This document shows positions 58,649 through 64,000 of a stretch of DNA of 64,000 bases, one piece after another. This DNA comes from a virus. Position 1 is the first letter of the stretch, and the number at the start of each line of letters is the position of its first letter. The notes beneath the pieces were generated by a model, which saw nothing but the letters and a program-made list of their open reading frames with translations, did not search any database and had not been told where the DNA came from. A program made the translations under genes and the position numbers. The stretch spans positions 32,001-96,000 of the IMG/VR virus record IMGVR_UViG_3300010354_000047; one strand, given 5' to 3'.

Positions 58649-59677
58649 ATGGCCAAATTTTTTGACGACAAAGTTATTCCCACTCCCCCGGAAGAAGCCG
58701 GGGAAGATCGCTATGATCTGCTGAGTCTAAAAAGTGCAGAGCCCAACCTTGGCCTTCCGGAAACAAGCGGATACGTTTTAGCTAGCGACACAGAGGGAAA
58801 TAGATATTGGGTTGCTATCTCAAGTGCCGATGGTGACTGGATTCCTAAATCCATCATACTCGCAAAGGGTGACACAATTGTAGGCTTAAGCTCCGGAAAC
58901 CCTGTTAAGCTTCCCGTTGGCTCAGACGGTCAAGTATTGACAGCCGATTCATCAGCGTCGTACGGAGTTAAATGGGGAGATGTACCTCTTGGTGACTTCA
59001 TTCCGAATGCTATAATTACAGCCAAGGGAGACCTCATTATAGGAGAGGCCTCTAATGACCCCAACAAATTAGCCGTAGGAACAAATGGCTACGTATTGAC
59101 CGCAGACTCCACGGCACCTCTTGGCATAAAGTGGGCAAGTCCTGCTGGGGACTTTATCCCTAACTCTGTGATTAGTGCGAAAGGGGATCTGATCATTGGG
59201 GAAGCCGCCAGTGACCCAAACAAGTTACCCGTTGGAACAAACGGTCATGTGTTGACAGCGGATGCGTCTGCACCCTTGGGAGTCACATGGGCACCGACTG
59301 CGAGCCCCTTAAACTTAACCACGGTAACCAAAACAGCTACGTCTTTGGCACCAGGCGCAGCATATGATTTCACTATTTCCGGGTCGTGTTTCCTCTTCGT
59401 TCGCATAAACGCTAACCAGCCAGCCTGGATAAGGGGGTACGGTACCTCCGCAGCAAGATCGGCAGATATACGAACCCTTCCTGGCGCACCTTACCCAGAC
59501 CCTGGGACGGGTTTCTTCACAGAGGTAGTCACGACAGCTCTTGAGCCGGAAATCTCGTTGTCACCCTTGCCAACAATTTATGGCGACTCTTCTACTACTT
59601 ATTGGAGAGTTATCAACCAAGACACCCTTACTCGAACGATCACAATGGTGTTCAGCATTGTTACTTTAATCGACTGA
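58649..59677 (+). CDS. tail fibre-like protein with three AKGDLI..LPVG..G.VLTADS..G.KW repeats
   Basis: Three ~52-aa repeats visible in the translation. Confidence 0.75.
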   Translation: MAKFFDDKVIPTPPEEAGEDRYDLLSLKSAEPNLGLPETSGYVLASDTEGNRYWVAISSADGDWIPKSIILAKGDTIVGLSSGNPVKLPVGSDGQVLTADSSASYGVKWGDVPLGDFIPNAIITAKGDLIIGEASNDPNKLAVGTNGYVLTADSTAPLGIKWASPAGDFIPNSVISAKGDLIIGEAASDPNKLPVGTNGHVLTADASAPLGVTWAPTASPLNLTTVTKTATSLAPGAAYDFTISGSCFLFVRINANQPAWIRGYGTSAARSADIRTLPGAPYPDPGTGFFTEVVTTALEPEISLSPLPTIYGDSSTTYWRVINQDTLTRTITMVFSIVTLID

Positions 59678-59684
59678 GGTAAGA

Positions 59685-62600
59685 ATGCCTCAACTTTGGC
59701 CGCTGGGTTACATAGAAAGCTGCATCAATCCTACAACTGGGCAACTTTGGCCTTTGTGGCCATACGGAGGGGAACCTTGCCCCGGCCCATCCACATGGGT
59801 GAGGCAAGTTTTCTCCTACCCTGTACTTCCGAGCCCCCCTGACCCTTGGCAGAATAACGTTATTGCGACTGACGAAGAGGGGGGTATCTATGTTTGGACC
59901 AGATTCGCAGCTATAGCTCCTAGTCCGACTTCTCACGGATGGGCAAATATCACGAAGTTTTCTGAAGATGGGTCCTTAGAATGGTCAAAGGACTTAAACA
60001 AAGACATTGGTATTGGTAATGAGTTCCCTCCCCTCCCAGGAATTCTGAGGGCGACTCCCGAGGGTGTTCTAATTGTAGCCTCAAATGCGCGAAATACTCA
60101 AGAAGGAGATCGAAATCCCTGCTATCTTATCTGTTTAAACAAGGAAACAGGAAACTTAAATTGGGCAAAGGCTATCACCCTTAACTTTGTTGGTTCTGAC
60201 GACAATTGCAAATTTGAGGGGTTGCTTGGTATCAACTCTGTAAACGGTAATATATATCTCGGCATTAAATACTATCCCCCGAGTAATTTTAGCGGGGGGG
60301 AATCACCTGGTTTAGTAACCCTTTCCTCAAATGGTTCGGCCATAAGCGCGATTAATCTGGGAATAGATTCTCCATGGTTCATATATTCGCAGTTCTCGGG
60401 AGTTCTCACAAAAGCAGATGGGTCGATTATTGCGTATGGAACGAAAGGTATTTATACAGGGGGGACAATTATCACCTCTGATACCAAGGGATATATTATT
60501 GGCTTGTCTGGTGATGGTTCTTCCACGAGTCCCTCATACTGGCTATACGGAAGTAATACGTCCGATGTTGACTTCACCTCTGGCGGAATTCTGTTGTCTA
60601 ATGGGGACATTCTACTAAGAGTATCAGGAGGTGAAGACGTTAGTAGAAGTCAGATTTGGATTGTCGATCCTTCAACTGGCGAGATTAAGACTAATGCAGT
60701 TCCGTACCATGGCGTGTCAAGTGCCCATTATCTGCAGGAGTTGCCAAGCGGAGAGATAATGGTCGCAGGGTGGATTTTTGGGACGGGAAAGACCGTGATC
60801 AACAATGGCTGGAGAACCTCCTCGAATCCGCAGTATCCAAGCAACTATTTTTCCGTTTATTCATCAGACCTCTCTCAAATAACAGCCTACAGGGAGGTGG
60901 GAATTAACCCGGGAACATTCAACGAAAGCGTTCGTAGCTTTAGCACTCCTAGTTTATCGACTGGTAGATACGTGGGAGCCCCACAATACCGGACTCCAGG
61001 TTTCGTCTCGTACACAACTCCTTACTTTTCCATAGTTTCTACCGATCTCAGCCCCATGGCTAGGAGGTATGCTACCCTTCCGGATTACACATCGTCTGGA
61101 TACGATTCGTATGTGAGATTTGCTAGCGCAACCACTAATCTTCCTGTTAGTGTTTCTGCTGGCTCGAACTACCCCCCTATAGTTACACTTCCTTCTCCTG
61201 CATCACCTTTATCGGCAAACGCCGTTGATCACGCCTCATCAATAGTTTTGACAGAAGGGACCATTGTCTGGGCCTTCTTCCAGGATGACGGTGGAATTAC
61301 CTGTGACACCTTACCATTTGAATGCGACATTGATGTCAATCCCTACTGTGAGACAGACTTTGGTGGTGCCTGGGCTAATTGCACAAGCATCACTTCCTTT
61401 CCATTTATGGATGTTGGCTCTGGAACGGACTTCGAGAGTGCGTGGAGCGGGTGCAGCAATATGTCTTCATTCCCCTCACTGGACGTTAGCTCCGGAACTA
61501 ATTTCCGTTACACCTGGAAAGATTGTTCAAGTTTGTCTAGCTTCCCCCAACTACATACAGGCTCTGGAACCGATTTTTCGTATGCTTGGCAGGGTTGTTC
61601 GGCTTTAACGACTTTTCCTTCTCTTGACGTAAGCTCCGGAACAAAATTTTCATACACTTGGTCAGGGTGTAGCACCTTGACTTCTTTTCCACTCCTGGAC
61701 GTTAGCTCAGGAACATGGTTCTTCGGTGCCTGGTCTGGTTGCAGTAATCTCACTTCCTTCCCCGTTCTAGATGTCAGCTCTGGAACATACTTTGACGCTG
61801 CCTGGCGCGACTGCTCCAGTCTAACTTCCTTTCCCTTTCTAGATCTGAGCTCAGGAATTAATTTCATTGGAACCTGGAAAGGCTGCTCAAGCCTGACGTC
61901 GTTTCCTCCAAACGTTTTCGACGACTGCACATTCGTTTATTCCTTTGAGGATGCCTGGAAGAACTGCGCTCTAAGTGAGGAAAGTGTGGATAATATTTTA
62001 GTCTCCCTCGATGCTTCCGGATTAAGTAATAATACAACAACTCTTGCTGGCGGGACATCGGCCGCTCCGGGTCCTGCAGGATTAGCAGCAAAAGCGTCCC
62101 TGGAAGCAAAAGGGTGGACAGTTTACGTGAATGGGGCTGTTCCTTGTGACCTCCCTCCCTACTATTGTGACACGAATGTGAACCCGAATTGTGTTACCGA
62201 CTTTAGCGATGCTTGGAAAGATTGCGATCTACTAACCTCCTTCCCAGAAATAGACGTAAGCTCAGGAACAAATTTCTATAGAACATGGTACGGTTGTCAA
62301 TCCCTCACCTCTTTCCCAACTTTAAACGTGAGCTCTGGAACAAACTTCAATACAGCTTGGGCTCTTTGTTTCAGCCTGACGTCTTTCCCCCTACTGGACA
62401 CCAGCTCAGGAACTAACTTCTTAGGTGCCTGGGGGCTCTGTCAGAGCTTAACTTCTTTTCCCGCCCTCGATTTCAGCTCAGGAACTAATTTCGAATTGGC
62501 ATGGTATAACTGCACTAGCCTCACGTCCTTCCCCTATATTGACATGGGTTCCGGAACTAATTTCGAATTCGCATGGGCTTACTGCGAAAACCTGAGCTCA

Positions 62601-62834
62601 TTCCCGGCGAATGTTTTTGACAATTGCTCCTATGTCTTCTCTTTCGAAGGAGCTTGGGAGGGTTGCGCCCTGGATCAAACTAGTGTAGACAACATTCTGA
62701 TCTCCCTCGATGTTTCCGGTCTTTTATACGGGAGTACTTCTCTTGCTGAAGGAACATCAGCGGCTCCGGGGCCAGCGGGATTGTCGGCTAAAGCATCCCT
62801 CGTGTCCAAAGGTTGGACAATCGCTACAAACTAA
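59685..62834 (+). CDS. putative adhesin: beta-propeller + two BspA/DUF285-like LRR blocks
   Basis: N-terminal propeller-like repeats (ITKFSEDGSLEWSK, ETGNLNWAK); 23-aa repeats SLTSFPxLDVSSGTNFxxAWxGC; duplicated cap SVDNIL.SLD.SG..SAAPGPAGL.AKASL..KGWT. Confidence 0.8.
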   Translation: MPQLWPLGYIESCINPTTGQLWPLWPYGGEPCPGPSTWVRQVFSYPVLPSPPDPWQNNVIATDEEGGIYVWTRFAAIAPSPTSHGWANITKFSEDGSLEWSKDLNKDIGIGNEFPPLPGILRATPEGVLIVASNARNTQEGDRNPCYLICLNKETGNLNWAKAITLNFVGSDDNCKFEGLLGINSVNGNIYLGIKYYPPSNFSGGESPGLVTLSSNGSAISAINLGIDSPWFIYSQFSGVLTKADGSIIAYGTKGIYTGGTIITSDTKGYIIGLSGDGSSTSPSYWLYGSNTSDVDFTSGGILLSNGDILLRVSGGEDVSRSQIWIVDPSTGEIKTNAVPYHGVSSAHYLQELPSGEIMVAGWIFGTGKTVINNGWRTSSNPQYPSNYFSVYSSDLSQITAYREVGINPGTFNESVRSFSTPSLSTGRYVGAPQYRTPGFVSYTTPYFSIVSTDLSPMARRYATLPDYTSSGYDSYVRFASATTNLPVSVSAGSNYPPIVTLPSPASPLSANAVDHASSIVLTEGTIVWAFFQDDGGITCDTLPFECDIDVNPYCETDFGGAWANCTSITSFPFMDVGSGTDFESAWSGCSNMSSFPSLDVSSGTNFRYTWKDCSSLSSFPQLHTGSGTDFSYAWQGCSALTTFPSLDVSSGTKFSYTWSGCSTLTSFPLLDVSSGTWFFGAWSGCSNLTSFPVLDVSSGTYFDAAWRDCSSLTSFPFLDLSSGINFIGTWKGCSSLTSFPPNVFDDCTFVYSFEDAWKNCALSEESVDNILVSLDASGLSNNTTTLAGGTSAAPGPAGLAAKASLEAKGWTVYVNGAVPCDLPPYYCDTNVNPNCVTDFSDAWKDCDLLTSFPEIDVSSGTNFYRTWYGCQSLTSFPTLNVSSGTNFNTAWALCFSLTSFPLLDTSSGTNFLGAWGLCQSLTSFPALDFSSGTNFELAWYNCTSLTSFPYIDMGSGTNFEFAWAYCENLSSFPANVFDNCSYVFSFEGAWEGCALDQTSVDNILISLDVSGLLYGSTSLAEGTSAAPGPAGLSAKASLVSKGWTIATN
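61340..62830 (+). repeat. 69-nt period LRR-coding repeats in two duplicated blocks
   Basis: Recurrent AGCTC(A/C/T)GGAAC and TC(C/T)TT(C/T)CC at ~69-nt spacing. Confidence 0.85.
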
Positions 62835-62843
62835 GCCATTGTG

Positions 62844-63602
62844 TTAAAAGTCGAGAGAGAGCTCCTCAGAGTCCTTTCTAGAAAAACTTCCAAATAAATC
62901 TTTCGGGGTCTGGTATCCCTCGTTTCCCTTTGATCGATTAGCAGAGGAGCAAACTAAGGAGTAACATGCCTTTCCCTTATGATACGTCTTCCACTCCTTC
63001 CAGAGATTTTCGTCTTTAAATCTTCGTGAAGTCGGGGGTCCTACCAAAGGAATATCTGTGTAACAAAGGGACTGCAGACGCAGGAAAGAGTCGGCGATCT
63101 CGTTAAAGGAGAGCCCAACGTGATCCACATCAGTCCGCATACCTTTTCGAATGCTTTTTCCCGTAAGATAGCATGTGATTGGCAAAACAACTGAGTCTCT
63201 ATATTCTTTTAGTTGGTAACCTATACCTCCTCGCATCGCAGATTTTACTGCGTTGTAATGCTTTTCCTCTAGAGTGGCAGAGGTTGCAATTTTCTTACTC
63301 GGGTAGAGAGCCTCAATTAGTTTAGCCTTTGACACTGGTTGTTTCGTTCCCCCCCTTTCAAGAGATATCATTTTCACACGGCGACCTCCTGCAATGTCTA
63401 CATTGCGCAAGTACACCGAAACTTCTGAGTCATTCGCGAGTTTTGACCACGTGTGGGAGAGGCGGCAGGATCTCAAGACGAATTCTTTTGGCTCCCCGAT
63501 GAGCCTTGTGTTTATTCGATGATTTTCCAGGATTTTCGATAACTTTTCTGTATAGTCCTTTTTCGTGATCCCGAAAGTCTGCTTTCCGATTGTTTCTGGC
63601 AT
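62844..63602 (-). CDS. putative HNH-like endonuclease
   Basis: CYLTG..DVDH..YH..LVCSSANRSK; minus-strand GGGTAAA at 63634-63628, 32 nt before ATG. Confidence 0.65.
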   Translation of the reverse strand: MPETIGKQTFGITKKDYTEKLSKILENHRINTRLIGEPKEFVLRSCRLSHTWSKLANDSEVSVYLRNVDIAGGRRVKMISLERGGTKQPVSKAKLIEALYPSKKIATSATLEEKHYNAVKSAMRGGIGYQLKEYRDSVVLPITCYLTGKSIRKGMRTDVDHVGLSFNEIADSFLRLQSLCYTDIPLVGPPTSRRFKDENLWKEWKTYHKGKACYSLVCSSANRSKGNEGYQTPKDLFGSFSRKDSEELSLDF

Positions 63603-63676
63603 CTAGGGTGTGTGTTTGCTACAAAACTTTACCCAGACTACCCCCTGCTAAACTAAACCAAGAGTTCAAGTCTTTA

Positions 63677-64000
63677 GTGAAAAATGAAAACTCGGTCATT
63701 CGCCAACGGGAGGACCTAAAGTTCTTAAAAGGGGCTCAGGTAGAATGTTCGGGAAGGGTTCGAGAGTTTCGTGAACACGCAAAGAGACGTGATCTAGACT
63801 CAATTTGTCTTGTCAATATTATCATTACACCTATTCCCTTTGGGGAATCCATTTACGTAGATCATTTATGGGTTCTTCGAAAACAGTTTCAGAAACTTGG
63901 AAGGGTCCCGGACCGAAACGAGAGAGTTCAGTTTCTTGGGCAGGTGTACTCTTACAGACGCCTCGGAGGGAAGTCTATCGACCGAGGACTATACGGACTA
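63677..64000 (+). CDS. hypothetical protein, 3' truncated
   Basis: Open frame from GTG 63677 to the window end (VKNENSVIRQREDLKFL...VDHLWV...FLGQVYSYRR). Confidence 0.6.
   Translation, partial: MKNENSVIRQREDLKFLKGAQVECSGRVREFREHAKRRDLDSICLVNIIITPIPFGESIYVDHLWVLRKQFQKLGRVPDRNERVQFLGQVYSYRRLGGKSIDRGLYGL

Noticed and set aside
61340-62830. Diversity-generating retroelement acting on the LRR repeats
   Set aside because: No reverse transcriptase or non-coding template repeat in the window, and differences between blocks are not adenine-specific
1-64000. CRISPR array, tRNA or rRNA genes
   Set aside because: None recognised by eye; intergenic spaces are short and explained by terminators, leaders or introns. 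A covariance search was not possible.
1-64000. Stop-codon reassignment (as in some large phages)
   Set aside because: Long genes are intact under the standard code, and TAA, TGA and TAG all end genes at plausible positions

Overview
This window is 64 kb of a large myovirus-type phage genome, almost entirely coded on the + strand. It is probably a freshwater cyanophage; the host is inferred from tail-fibre families, PhoH and the polymerase type, and is not proven. In order, it contains: the C-terminal part of a family-A DNA polymerase of the mitochondrial Pol-gamma type; a contractile-tail and Mu-like head module; terminase; PhoH; a ~13 kb cluster of small and medium modular genes; and a tail-fibre/adhesin block. 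The major capsid gene is missed as a whole by the ORF track because two group I introns, each carrying an HNH homing endonuclease, split it into three exons (spliced product 351 aa). The tail-assembly chaperone has a -1 slippery site. A GGGTA(A/T)A motif lies about 30 nt upstream of many starts (putative late promoter) and is often one arm of a hairpin. The most novel-looking element is the 34.5-47.3 kb cluster. There, two conserved Cys-rich motifs and short leaders are fused to unrelated payloads (two Cas9-like HNH nucleases, a protein kinase, a hydrophobic domain, basic domains). The modules are punctuated by (F/Y/H)-x-(E/D) motifs that are also abundant in the prohead protease. I infer a polymorphic, capsid-packaged effector system. 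All family assignments come from motif recognition by eye, not database searches.
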